Assembly (NCBI GenBank): GCA_030295235.1
Contig: AP026124.1
Span: 868,001 to 932,000, forward strand
DNA length: 64,000 bases
From: Fistulifera solaris
Taxonomy: Eukaryota
Reading direction: 5' to 3'
The position numbers and the translations under genes were made by a program. Positions within the stretch are counted from its first letter, which is position 1. Each line of letters begins with the position of its first letter. Of the stretch, positions 11,583-24,605 are shown piece after piece. The notes below the pieces were generated by a model. The model ran no database searches, was not told the origin of the DNA, and saw only the letters and a list, made by a program, of their open reading frames with translations.

Positions 11583-14500
11583 ATGCCGAATCCGTCAAAA
11601 CGCAAGAGTAGTAATTTGAGCTCCCAAAGCACCCGGTCTAAGGATGATATGTCGAATGTCGAATTAGCGCAAAGGCTAGGCTACGCAAAGAGCTGGATAC
11701 TTTGCATCAGGAAATGGAAGTTGCAAGATACGCGACACTCGAGACGGGACATCAAAGAAGAAAAAGTTCCAAAAAGTCAGTCGAAGGCGCGTACACGTCA
11801 GCGGAAAAGTCTGGAGAAAATAGATCACGAGGAGATCTTTGCCTACGATGAACTGGGTGAAGACGTTCCGATCCGTGGAGCAGCTGCTGCTCACACAGAC
11901 GATGTAATCAACGGGAGTCTCATTTTTGGGGTTCCTGGAAAGCCAGCCGAACCACAGGATGGTTCAGATGATGAGAATGATTTTTCTGAGGACCAGCAAA
12001 GCGACGACGATTCACTGTATTCCGACGAGGATGAGAGCGATGAAAGTAGCGCCAGTGAGGAGGAAGCAGACTATTCTGAGACTATGGAAGTTAATGTTGA
12101 TGAAGATTTTGAGGACGAGGACGAGGACTTGGAAGTGTTGGACGAAGCAGAAGATACAGACAACGGCTTAAGAGCCAAGATTAGATCTGTCGCCGATGAC
12201 TTGAACGCAAACGAGGATAATGGCAAGCAATCAGGCAAAAAGCGGAAAAATAAGTTCCAGGGCATGAGCAACAAACGTCGAAGGTACCGCATGAGAAATT
12301 TCAAGTCATTTCGAATGGCCCAAAGACACGGAGAAGCTCTTGCGGCTCATGCACGTGGCAATCCCGCATTAGCGATTCAAAAATTGAAAGCGATCGCTCA
12401 AGATCATCCGTCGGCACCACAAATCTACTCGTCACTGGGAATGATTTATGAAGAGATGCTGCAGGATCAAAAATCGAAATTAGCTGGAGATCGAGATGGT
12501 CTAGGAGTTGTTGATAGCTTGGATCAGGGTGAGGAGGACAATAATTCGTCGCTGATCGCGTTAGCAACAAAAATGTACGGATCTTTTCACGTAGCCGCTT
12601 ATTTATGCACGAAAGACTACGCTTTGTGGGAGAGGGCTGCCAACGCCGCCGTCGAAATATCAGCCTTGCACACAGAAGTGATGGCTGCCTCTGATGCCTC
12701 CAATGCCGTTCGCGAGTATCACCGATCTGCGAAAGTACGTTGGCTTTCTGAAGCGAAGAGTGACTATTATAGAGCCACAAAGCTGAATCCCCCCTGGCAT
12801 TGAAGTGGCATGTAAATTAGCTGCTACTCTTGTTGAACTAGGGCATCTTTCGGAAGCCCTAACTCTGCTCACAGATTTGAAGAATCATGCAGACAAGGCC
12901 CCCACATTCAATGCGAGCCATGGGGCGTGGCTACTGTATGCTGATCTTATGCTACAGATTGGCCACGAATGCTCGAAATGGAATAGTGGGAACCAAAGCA
13001 ATGGTAACCACATGTTTAGAAGGTGGCTTCGCAAAATGTCAAAAACGTTTAATTGGGAAGAGAGGCGCTTACAAGCCCTCGTGAAAGCGTTGGAAGCGGC
13101 CGCAGGATCAAACAACTGTGGCGCACTCTTGAGCTGGATGCAAGAGAGGGCCTCGAGTATGAGCTCGAATATGGGCAATGGTCTTCAAGGACAGTCTGAA
13201 ATTCATGAAATAACAGATGCAGAGATAGAAGCGGAGAAAGAAATTGCGATGAAGCGAAACGACGAAGAACTTGAAGACTTTGACAGAGTGACCGCTGAAA
13301 TGAAAGCGATCACGGATTCAAAAGGTGCACAAGCCCGCGAAAAGAAAGAGAGAATTTGCTCGAAACACAAAGGACAAGACTGGAGAGCATTGAGGAACAG
13401 CAAACTATCGCTCGTGACGAGGGCGGATCGACGCCTCTCGGTACGGGTTACGAGACAGGTGCCACTCTCCCAATGTCATCATCGTGCCGCACAGTGTGTA
13501 TAATCGCTACGGATTTAGTACGCCAGGCGCTTAGCATGGGGATCGCTCCAGTCGGAAAGCTTGCTTGCGAGGCATTTTCCTTTTATTTGAAGGAGCGATC
13601 AGGGATCATCGAGAAACGGATTGCTGAAAGACAAGCCTCGTCGCAAAGTGATTTGGATGGCGACGAAAAATGCCGACATCAGGAATACGACATTGTGGAG
13701 GATCTCAGTGACGGTTATATCAGTGACGTCGCTTTTTCGGATGAAGAAGATCTAAATGACTCGAACAATCCAGCACTATTTCAGTCTCTAAAATATGGAA
13801 GCCTGCCCCCTGAGCTTCGTTTCCTATACGGAATTTGTCTCGCCGCAGAAGGTGGAAAGCGTTATTTGGCAATGAGATGCATTGAAATTGTGAACTCTAT
13901 CGACTTAGAAAATCTTGATTGGTTCAATGAAGACATTAATGATACAGCTGCCGTACAAGATACTTCCTGGCAAGTTCTTTTGAAGTGCACTACTGCTCCT
14001 TTAACCAGAACCGCCGCTTATGCACTACTTGGTGATGTTCTCAAGAAACGATTTCTAGATGTTCCTTTGTATGACCTTTCTCGTCTCCTATCAGAGCACG
14101 CTAGACGCCTTATTGATCTTGGTATCGTCAAAGAAGCTCTTGCTGAGCAGTCCAAAAACTCTCTTCAGTCGCGACGTCGCAGACTCGTTATTGATGTACT
14201 TGTCACAGCTGCTCGCATTCAGCTCGAGCATGTGGAAGAAACGATGACTACAAGCTTGGATTCGGAAAGAGGACAGAGGAAAGAGCTTGTACTTAATCTC
14301 TTGGATTCGCTGACCGCCTACCTCAGAGCGCTCTGGAATATTGACTCAAGAGCTGCTGTATGTACTTCCTGCAGGGAAATTTTAATTGCTCTAGCGGTGG
14401 CATTGCGGTTGTTGTTAGTTTTTGTGAACGACTCCCAAGATATGGATGTGTGCAGTATTACAACGAAAGTCGAAACAGCAATTTCAATTCTTTGCGGTGT

Positions 14501-16088
14501 TCCTAATTTTCAGTCGACTGACAACGAACTTTACCCGACTGAAAATCTAAGAAGTCTCCCATTTGACTCTTCGTTTCAATCCGACTCGTTGAAGAAATTA
14601 TCGCTCCGAGTACACAACTGTGCGGTGGCGACCAACTGTTCCCACTTTTCCGGTTGGGAATCTAGTGAATTTTCGACGGCTCTTCTTAAAAGTGTTGAGA
14701 TTTCATATTTTTCGGGCATCTCGGTCGAGAATGGTCATACTTTTGGAATTCTTAACGATCGTTGGGTCCCAATTCTCGCGGGGCAGTGGGAGACACTTGC
14801 GATGATTCTTCCAAATTTTCGTCGATTTGATTTTGCTGAACAGTTCAAAGCTGCATCCACCCGAGACAGATACGTCGAGGTCCGAAAGAGTATGGAGGAG
14901 GCTACTGAACGCGACAAGCTATGTATATATGGTGAAGAGAGCGGCGTCGAAATTCTACTTTCGTACTCGGAGTTGAGTCTCAGGCTTGCCTCGATTTCTA
15001 GCGCAAGTAACCAAGACCAATCCTCACGAATGCTGTACAAGGCTCTGAGCATCATCTTACCACTCTCTCAGTTTGCACTCCATCAAGAACTTTGGACATC
15101 TACATTGGGTACCGTGGCCGCCTGTCAGACTGGACTTATTGAATGGAGACCTATAACCACCCGAACAGATGGAACAGTTTTGCCGTCGTACTTGCTTCCA
15201 ATCGAGAGTCGTAGTAAAGGGAAATCGATAGAATCAAGTCTTGATCAGTGGTTTGATTGGGAAAATGAACAATCTCCTCTTGCTAATTTGATTCCGATTG
15301 AACCAACGAATCTGCTGTCTTTGTGGAAGGTTTACGCCGAAAAGATTCCATCATTTTCTGAGAAAAGCATAGTTGCAATGCAGGAACTCGACGAAGCACT
15401 CAAGCAAATGCGCCTATGTTTCTCAGAGCAAGCTGTTGAAAATCAATCGCTAACTGTGGCGGCAAAACTTTTAGATGTAGCCACCAGTACCGATTGTGCA
15501 AACCCTTTTCTTTGCATATTCCAAGCAGCTCGGTTTGCTCGACACAGTAGAAAAGGTGGAACAAGTAGCGATGTATTCAAGGTTCCACTGACCCCAGATG
15601 TAGAGTGTACGTCACGAGATGTCGTTGCCATTCTTGGCCGTGCGGGCTGCCTTCAATCCCTCTATTGCTTTCACGAAGCTGCATTCTTGTATAGCTATAT
15701 CGCTGGAGTCTGCTCGGCTCGCCGAAAAAGAGAAATTGTTTCTGTCGAATGGAACGACCTCTGGAAAAGTTTATCGATATTCAATTACAATCAAACAGTG
15801 CACCTTCGCGCTTCGTTCCGAATGGTTGTAAAAGAGCACGGGATAAAAGACGAACCTTTGTTTGTCTGGAAAGGCAGCGTAATTGACGAACTGAATTCGG
15901 CGAGGTCCGATGGGTTGGCGTTTCAGCCCCACGAAGAACGCGTCGCTAGCGCACCGGACGTTCTTCCACCTTTTCAGGACGTCCAGCCTGGCATTGATTT
16001 CAATGTTGACGTAAATAAGTTAGGCGCCTCGGATGATGAATCTAAAGCTGTGACACGAGGACCGATAGCTGAGGTAGTTGCCGTATAG
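11583..16088 (+). CDS. Large TPR protein resembling TFIIIC subunit Tfc4/GTF3C3
   Basis: Acidic N-terminus and basic NLS, then GEALAAHARGN...PQIYSSLGMIYEE and VAAYLCTKDYALW, as in the Tfc4 TPR region. Three ORFs joined by indels near 12790 and 13345. Confidence 0.6.
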
Positions 16089-16145
16089 TTTGAACTGGAA
16101 AATCAAAAGCGATTTAGTCATTAATGAACATGATTGCTGCAAGTT

Positions 16146-17428
16146 CTACTCAATACCAATAAAGGCCCTTTGTTGTTGTAGCATCATCATAGGATCGGGT
16201 ATGTGTTGCTGCATCATCATCGAATGAGTTCCGAAGGTTCCTTCGTATCCTTGAGAAGGAACAAGTGTCATGGTGCTGGTTGGGTACGTTTGATAATAAT
16301 CGCCGCCTCCGATTGGACTACTTTCTAACCCTCCGACCAAATATCCTGTATCCACTCCAGGGTTTTGATGTATCAAAGCAGGAGTCATCGCCAGGATCCC
16401 GGCTGTTGACGCAAGGCAACAGCACGGAAATGTGGATTACCATACACGATGTTAGTACCTCGGACAACAGGAGTGGACATAACTCCTTGTGTTGCTGCCG
16501 ATACCATCATGGGCTGCATATGCAGCTGACCGATTCCTGAATGCACAACGCCGTGACCTTGAGACGAGCTGTACATATCTTCGCCAACAAACTTCTGAAC
16601 CATTTGAGGTGCCGCTAAAACATTAGCAGTCTGAAAACCACCAAGATTACGCAGCAAGCTGCCATCAAGATGCTGTTGCTCTTTAATCATGTGTTGAGCA
16701 GAGTTTGAATCAATGTACTGGCCAGAGCCTCCCATAGTGCCCCCCTGAGTTAGTATTCACAAGCGGAATCGGAGCATCCTCTAAAGAAGGAAGGGGGTTT
16801 GTTTTATTCAGAGCATAGAAATCAGGCTCATCTTTCTTGCGCATGGGGAGCTTCTTGTGGGTTTTTGGTAATCTTCGCATGTACTTTTGCAAGTGAGGCA
16901 TACCGCGAAGAAAAAGCTGCGGACAAAAATTTAGAGGAACAAATCGTGGTGAATGAATTACTTTTGGTTGAAGTCTTACCTCGTGGTAATACGAACCGCG
17001 ATCGGGTCCTCCGCTGATTCTTCGGAAGCTCCATGCATTGACTAATCGGTTGAAGGAGTGATAGTTGCTGTATTCAAAGAAGAGGGCATCACCATGCTTT
17101 CAAACAATGCCGGCTTGAGAATTTTCCAGGATCGCCCGTGGGGCATCCATGAAATAATATCTTGAAATTCCTTCTGAGCCAGAATAACATAGAGTTTTAC
17201 AGGGAACTTTTGCACGCGAATGGAGCTTTCCGGACTTGTCCGAGAGGAAGTCGGAGGAGGATTGTCTGCAACAAGACCAGGATCATCATCTTTGGTCACG
17301 TTGCTATAATCTCGATAGGTATACTTCTCGCACTGTTGACGCTCCGTTCCTTCATTCTCGCAATTATCATCAGACATAAGGGGAGCAATGCTTACGCTTG
17401 ACGCATCTTCCTTATCATTTTCATTCAT
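16146..17428 (-). CDS. HSF-type heat shock transcription factor
   Basis: [55 protein letters not shown]. Intron about 16917-16979; indels near 17085, 16743 and 16390. Confidence 0.9.
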
Positions 17429-18343
17429 CCCGGATTTCGAGGACGTCGTTACGACGGTTGCTATTGATTTTCAGACTTCAGATGCTTTTATAGTCGAACG
17501 AGAGGTGCATCTCGAAGTCTTGAAGATTGCACTAATTCCACCGCTCTCGTCGTCTCTTCTCCGTGTACGTTTTTGGTCTGTCCGCTTTGGTAATCGTGAA
17601 CTTCAAGGAATTTCTCGCTCAACCGCTATGACTTTAAAGTACAATGTGATATGTCATTACAGTTTCGATATTCTCCGCAATAGAACTTCGGCTACACATT
17701 ATATTTCACGACCATCTCATTTCGTGTTAGTGTCATTACCCAGCGAGGTCTTCAGTCTAACTTATCAAATTACCCGTGAGAAAATCACTTAGTACAAAAG
17801 AAACAGCCTCTATTCACTTTGACTTGACATGTAGAGAAAAACCGTGCTCCAAATGAGCAATAATGTGAAACGTTGTATGCCTGTTTTCTCACGGGTCTCA
17901 AATGCATTATGCCTAATGCCAAGATAATTTAATAGTAGGAAGCCTATGTTCACTATTATCAGAAATGTAGATCGAAGATCGAAGCGCTCCTGCCAAAGTC
18001 AAAATCTTCTTTTCTTTTAAGCCTCTCTTCCGTAGGTTTATAGACAGTCTTGAGAATTGGAACTGCGTCCGATATGGTACACAGTGAGTGTTTTCGTTCA
18101 CGGTCCGGGAGTCCGCGAAAACGAGATCTTTCGACGTTCCGACTGTTTTCACGTAGCAAATTTTATAATGTGAGATGGTGGGGCGGTTGCGTGCTGTCTT
18201 GTCATGCTCGCTTTCACTGGCTATTATTTGACGAAAGCACCGGTACCGGTACGCGGTACCTGGTATGTAGTACCGGTACTCCGCAAGACGCAAGACAGCA
18301 AGTTTGTGTGCCAAGGTTACGACAACGCACGTTAAAAATCAAT

Positions 18344-18422
18344 GTGAGAAGTGAGAAGTGAGATGTGAGAAGTGAGAAGTGAGAAGTGAGATGTGAGAAG
18401 TGAGAAGTGAGATGTGAGATGT
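18344..18422 (+). repeat. Heptanucleotide microsatellite (GTGAGAW)x~11
   Basis: Directly visible. Confidence 0.95.
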
Positions 18423-19776
18423 AAGGCTAGAGAGTTAGAACCAAAGCTTACTCAGAGAAGTGTCAGACTGAAATATATGTGAATGAAAAATGGAAAATTC
18501 AGTCGAATGTCAAGATTAGATTCTGACGATTAAAACATTAGGAATCAAATCGTCAGTAAAAAAAATTAGTTCCAGACTCCAGGTCCAACTAACTCCCGCC
18601 CCTGAAATAAAATACAAAAATGATAATCAATGCAACCAAAGACTTATCGATGGAAAGCAATTAATGATGAATCATTATCTCTAGGGAACCGACGAACCCG
18701 ACCACGACGCACCACAAAATAGTGTGGTCCCACTGATGCTGGCAGGAAAGTGAAGAAGACGTAACACATGTTTCATACAGGCATACAGACGCTTCATCCC
18801 GTCGTTGTTGCCATATCGCGTTTTATTCTTTTTGTATGTGCCACACCGAAATCATTGTTTCTTCTGTTTTCGTCAAACACAATGTCTGAGATCTTAGGCC
18901 AAAGAGAGCCACGCCGTAAACAATCATTCCTTACAAGTTTTCCCTTCATTTCTAGATTTCTTCGTTAGTTTGTTAAACTGCTGGAAAGGTAAACGAATGA
19001 TCCTACCCTTTCTATTAGGGACTAGGATATAACTCATGACTCATGACTTGTTACAGATTACAGACCCAAAGTGGCCACGACTGCATCTCAGTCATTCAGC
19101 AGCAAGTTGCAAATACAACAATACAAAGTATGCATTGATGCGTGATGTCAAAAAGTCGTGGGGATCGTTGTCTCACGAAACTACTACAGTACCAGGTGTA
19201 GACCCAAAGTGCTGCATCAACTAAAAAAAAACTATACCACGACTAGTTTCCAAATTAATTTATTGTACCCATGTCCTATCCTTACGACAGAACCGAAACA
19301 CAATCCATCGCTCTAGGCTCTGCCTAGATCTTGCAGATTGCCAGATCACGACTTCATTTCAGTCATGAATCATTAATTTTCTGAGCCAGACTGCTTGCTG
19401 TATTCCGTTCGATCTGCGAAGTTCAATATCAACCACTGTTTTGAACACAATTAAATGCATTTAAAAGCATTTGCATTTCCGCATTGAATCTTTACGTCTT
19501 TACCTGGTACAGTACGTCGAAAAGCCTTGGGGATCGCTGCCGTCCGATGAACTATATACCCAGGTGTGGGCGGAACATGACCGCGACGGCTTTTTAGTCA
19601 CGAGACATGAATCCAGGTTTCATCGCATTGCAAAAATAATAACTATTTTCCTACGCAGCATTCCGCTAAGCCATCTTGCACTTGGTATTACGAAGTTTTT
19701 ACCTATCACAAGTATTTCCGAAGCTGCTTAAGTGCTTTCATTTGTCTATGCTGGTGCAGTAAGCCGGACAAAAAAC

Positions 19777-21754
19777 ATGCCGGGGGCATCTTGGAGGAGG
19801 ATGATACCGGTGCTGTTTCACCGTCGTGCACTTCCTACACCAAACAAATCTCTCAGCAGGTTCTTCTCTGAATCTCCTCCACGTGGATCGTTGAAGCTGT
19901 ACAATTCATTGACAGGAGAACTCGCGTCTCTACCCATAGGAGATTTTGTTGCGTGTTATACCTGCGGTCCTACAGTCTATGCACCAGCTCACCTTGGACA
20001 TGCCAGAAACTACGTATTGATGGACGTTTTCCGACGCGTATGGGAGTCGACGGGAGCTCGACCCGTATTTGTTCTCAACATAACCGATGTTGATGACAAG
20101 ATCATTGCCGCAGCTGCTCATAACAGTGAATCGCCCGCGGAACTAGCGCGCCGCTATGAGGAGACATTTTGGCGAGACCTTGATGCTCTCAATTGCTTAC
20201 GGCCTACGATCGTCACGCGTGTCACGGAGCACATAGAATCAGCTATTATCCCCTACATAGAGCGTTTGGTACACCAGAATATGGCGTATCTTGCTCCTGG
20301 GGAGGGGATATATTTTGACGTCCGAGCCTTTGATGAAATGATGCAGCGTATGAATTCGCGGTACGGTAAACTGGCGCCGTCTGTTCAAGCAAAGGACTTT
20401 ATTCTAGAGAACCAGCGAAACAAAAGAACAACAGGAGAGTCAAAGAAAGATCCACGAGATTTTGCGCTTTGGAAATTTCGAAAGCCGGACGAAAATGTGC
20501 ATTGGGCATCACCATGGGGAGAAGGACGACCGGGATGGCACATTGAATGTTCCGCTATGATTGAAAGTGTATCCAGTGCATTGAACGTTCCATTTTGCGT
20601 ACACGCTGGTGGAATCGACTTGCAATTTCCCCATCATACCAATGAAATAGCCCAAGCAGAAGCGTATCACATGCGTGATCACTGGATTGAACACTGGCTG
20701 CATATTGGGCATCTACATATTGACGGGTTGAAAATGTCGAAGTCATTGAAAAATTTCATAACAATAGAAGACTTGCTTGCGGATTATCCTTCTTCCACAC
20801 TCTCATCTCCTGCTGATGATTTCCGTCTATGGTGTCTGTCAACATCATCCTATCGGAGCCCAGTCACCTATTCCCAAGAGCGAATAGAGCAGGCAAAACA
20901 AAAGAGATTTGAGCTTGTACGCTTTTCTTATCGATGCCGAGGCTTGGCTTCGGCATTCTGTAACAAAAAGGAAGAAGTGGACAGCAGATGACGTGAGTCT
21001 CTTTCAACTCGTTCAAACCAAACACGCCCGAGGAAGGGATTCGCTCCTGAATGATCTTGGTGGAGCGCTGTATGTTGACTGCATGCTAGACATTGCCCAC
21101 GCCGGCTCCCGTTATCTCTCAGAATGCAGTTCTGCCATTTGTTCCCACGAACCGTTGACAAATGTGGTCGTTGTGTTGCGGGAAATGATGTCGTTAGTTG
21201 GATTCAGTGATTCTACCACAAAAGCTGGGCAGCACACGGGCGTGAATGAACCACCGAGGATTGTGGGTGGCGAATCAGCACTTTTAGACGAGCTGGCGCA
21301 GTTTCGAAGTGCTGTTCGTGCCCTAGCTATGAAAAGCATGAAGGATGACTTGAATAATATCAAGCAAAACCTAAGTGCTCTCCTTCAATCTTGTGACGAG
21401 CTTCGAGACCGCACTCTACCATCCATGGGAATAGCACTGATCGACGAGAAAACGGAAGAAGGAGAGTCAAAAGCCGGAAAAACAATACCCAAGATATGGC
21501 AGCTTTGTGCGCCGACGTCGAATCGACCACAAGAACAAGACACACCATTCCAACGCCCACTTTCTTTAGACGAACTGAAAACAATACCATTGCATGATTT
21601 CTTCAAGGTTGGTCAATATGCAGGTCATTTCGCTGACTTTGATGAGACTGGATTCCCCACAAAGAACAAGGATGGGTCCGATGTATCTAGCCGTCTCCGG
21701 AAAAAGTTATTGAAGAAACTAGAAAAACATGCCAACCGGCTCGGAAAGATATAG
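19777..21754 (+). CDS. cysS: Cysteinyl-tRNA synthetase, probably organellar
   Basis: YTCGPTVY, HLGH, GRPGWHIECSAM, FPHHTNE, KMSKS. Basic N-terminal transit-like peptide. One extra T near 20925. Confidence 0.95.
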
Positions 21755-22158
21755 ATAAGGTTCACAGATGAGACTTTTTATCTAATTTCATGCTAGATTC
21801 TTCGTTATTTTATACACCTAGACTCTAGGCGAATGCCCAGTGCAGAATGCCGACGAATACCAACATGACAAGTTGCGTCGTTATCTGACTCACCCGACGT
21901 CACGAGGAGTCGTGAGTCACTGCTTCATCGCTCATCGCTTCATCGATTTCCATTCACGAATGGCAGAGGCACGACGGCCGTGGCGACCATGAACTAATAT
22001 TACTTCAGTATTATTGACCATGAAGGCACAATCATAAGAGCAGCGCAGCAGTACCAGGTAGTCTCGACACATAACGTATTGAGAAGTTTCAATTGTTAAC
22101 AATTCAACAAGCATTCTTTCTTAACGACGAAATCTCTTATCATTTGTGACCAACTAAC

Positions 22159-23284
22159 ATGCATTCCACAAAGATATTGAGAGTCCGGAAGAATCCCTTG
22201 TCAACGACACCGCAGCTTCTTCTCCCTCCTCCCAACTTTTGGGAAAGTGCTGGTGCTGCTCTTCAAGGAGCATGGAGTCACATCGTAGACCAGTCGGCGC
22301 GTGATAAATACGAAGTTCTCGTGGAGAAAAACGTCATCAAGGACACTGTTTTGCAGAATGCCACCACGGGGGCAACGTTGACTTTTGCTTTGTTTCACAA
22401 TCTGCAGAATCCTTTATTTGAAAAATACAAATTTGATGCCGCTGAATTCATGCATGCAGTGGGTCCAGCTCTCGAGAACTTTCATGATACTTTGGGATGT
22501 TTGAAGAACGATCTTCCCGCAAATCTTGAACAAGACAAACTCAAGCTCGAAGAGTCCTTGAAAAAGTCCGACGAGGAACTGTTGGGAATGAAAGAAGATC
22601 TGACTACATCCTTATTGGGGGTGAATCGTTGGCAACAACAAGCCAAAGAAGACGAAAACAGCCCCGCTGGCATTCTTTCCAAGATGACAACAGAGATATG
22701 CCTGGATGCGTTTTATTATACCTGCAAATTGGATGTGTTAGGCCGTGACGCGCTGGAAAAATCAACCGACCTAGGCCATTCCAGCATCCCCAATCATTAT
22801 ATTCCCGGAAGCTGCCGAGTCAACGAAGTTGCCTTACTGAACGCTCGCGCTTCAGAAATAGGCGTTCCCGACGACAAAGAAATCGATGAGGAGTATCCTG
22901 AGTTCCGGGCATCGGAAGACCAATCCTTTCAAAAAAAATCTAGACGTTGCTGCTCAGTTAGATGTTCTCTACGAGGTTTCTCATACTTATCGACTCATCG
23001 CTGATCCGAAAGACGATTCTCAACAAATAGACGAGCCTAGCAAAGAAGACACAGCTTCGGGACACCGAGGAGGAAGCATTCATGAAAGCGTCAAGGATGG
23101 AGACGACAAGCAAACGGTAGAGACCATGGTATACACTAATTTAGCGGTAGCAGTGTTTGAGGGATGGCTTCATAGAACATCCGGCGGCAAGAACAGCTTA
23201 CGGTGGAAAATTGCATTGATTCGGGATGCCTACGAGTTTCCACACCATCAACCTACAGTTATTACAAATCCCCCTTCCTCTTAA
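22159..23284 (+). CDS. Hypothetical protein, possibly Tim44/MAIP1-like
   Basis: Two ORFs joined at an A run near 22935. FDAAEF and the terminal WKIA are only weakly suggestive of a Tim44-like fold. Confidence 0.45.
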
Positions 23285-23348
23285 CTTCGTCTGTAAAATG
23301 TGTAGAATTGCTAAATGCATCCCCTAAAAATAACCTGAGCAAGTATAT

Positions 23349-23984
23349 CTAAAATTTAGGGACGCCATTGATTTGACGGATAAGATCCCTTACGAGGAGC
23401 CCTTCCATACGATGGCCATCGACATCTCCACACCAATCGCCGGTAGTCGCGGATAGAATGTATAGCAATTGTCCAGAAATTGGAGACTGCATCAAAATGA
23501 CTCTTTGCTCCAGATCAACTTGAATGTTGTATTGCCCTCGCACAGGACCCAAGTCCAGCAGTATGAAATCCCCGAAATCTTCTTCGTGTCCTCGCGTCAA
23601 AATGTAATCGTCATTCACCAACTTCAAAGGTTCTAATGCGTTGTATATTTTGTTCATGAGCTTTTCAGATTCTCTAGCAAATATTTCCGGATCTTTTACG
23701 GCAGGTTGACGAATTCCCATCGCGTCCGAATCTTGGGCGCGGTGCTCCGAGATATTCTCTTCCGCATTTCCTACAACGTGTCGTCTTCGTCGTACCGGGA
23801 AGCAGATTGAAGCAGAAGAATGGAATGAATATACCGCTGTCGAATCTATTCGACAAGGAGGCCACGGATTCCAGATTACTTTATATTGTGCGAATTTAGC
23901 CGAGGACGGGCGGCGTAAACAAAGAATGAGTCGAGCACTACTTTTCCGCGCCAAAGGAGCCAGCGATAGTCTACAGACAAACAT
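23349..23984 (-). CDS. Frataxin/CyaY-like mitochondrial protein
   Basis: Arg-rich presequence; LDLGPVRGQYNIQVDLEQRVILMQSPISG and W..DG..LL pattern of the frataxin fold. Confidence 0.7.
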   Translation of the reverse strand: MFVCRLSLAPLARKSSARLILCLRRPSSAKFAQYKVIWNPWPPCRIDSTAVYSFHSSASICFPVRRRRHVVGNAEENISEHRAQDSDAMGIRQPAVKDPEIFARESEKLMNKIYNALEPLKLVNDDYILTRGHEEDFGDFILLDLGPVRGQYNIQVDLEQRVILMQSPISGQLLYILSATTGDWCGDVDGHRMEGLLVRDLIRQINGVPKF

Positions 23985-24605
23985 CGCTAATTGCCTCTTC
24001 TTTTCGTTCTATTAATCTAGGATACTTAATGAGCAACGCTTTTATGAAACAGTTCGCTGTTTGCGGGGTTTTCAATAGCTTTCGAAAGTAATCGAATGAT
24101 GTGTTGCGAGTTGTGAAGAGTTGTGATGCAACGAAAAGGTACCGGTACCGGTACCGGGTACCTGGTACGAACTGTCTCTGTGCGTGTGCATGCGGGTGAC
24201 AACTCATGATTGACGAATCACGACCATTAGAAAAGAGATCCCACACTTTGGACAATAGTGTATGAACCGTAACCTTATCCTCTTCCTTTATCTTGATCAT
24301 CACTTAATGAAATAGGGTACAGAAAAAGTGTTATCGATACCGCTACGAGCTTTTAGTAGATATTTATTTAAATAAATCGTATTTGACGGTTGCTGATGAT
24401 TTAATGGTAAAACCATGTTAGGTTGATTTTGAAATTATTTAGCGTAATTGCATGATTTGAATGTTGGCGTCAAAAAAACAACGGAAGACTTCTTTGTCCA
24501 TTATTTCGTACTTTCTATCCAAGGAGGTCGTCTCAAAACCATAAAAACAAAAAGAGTACTGCTTCATTATCTCAAAGATTAAAAAGAGAGATTTCTACGC
24601 GGCAA

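Noticed and set aside
18344..18422. Telomeric repeat
   Set aside because: An interstitial GTGAGAW heptamer of only ~11 copies; it does not match TTAGGG-type repeats.
21880..21950. tRNA/ncRNA in a short GC-rich intergenic hairpin
   Set aside because: No cloverleaf or A/B boxes; only TGACTCA/TGAGTCA and short CATCGCT repeats.
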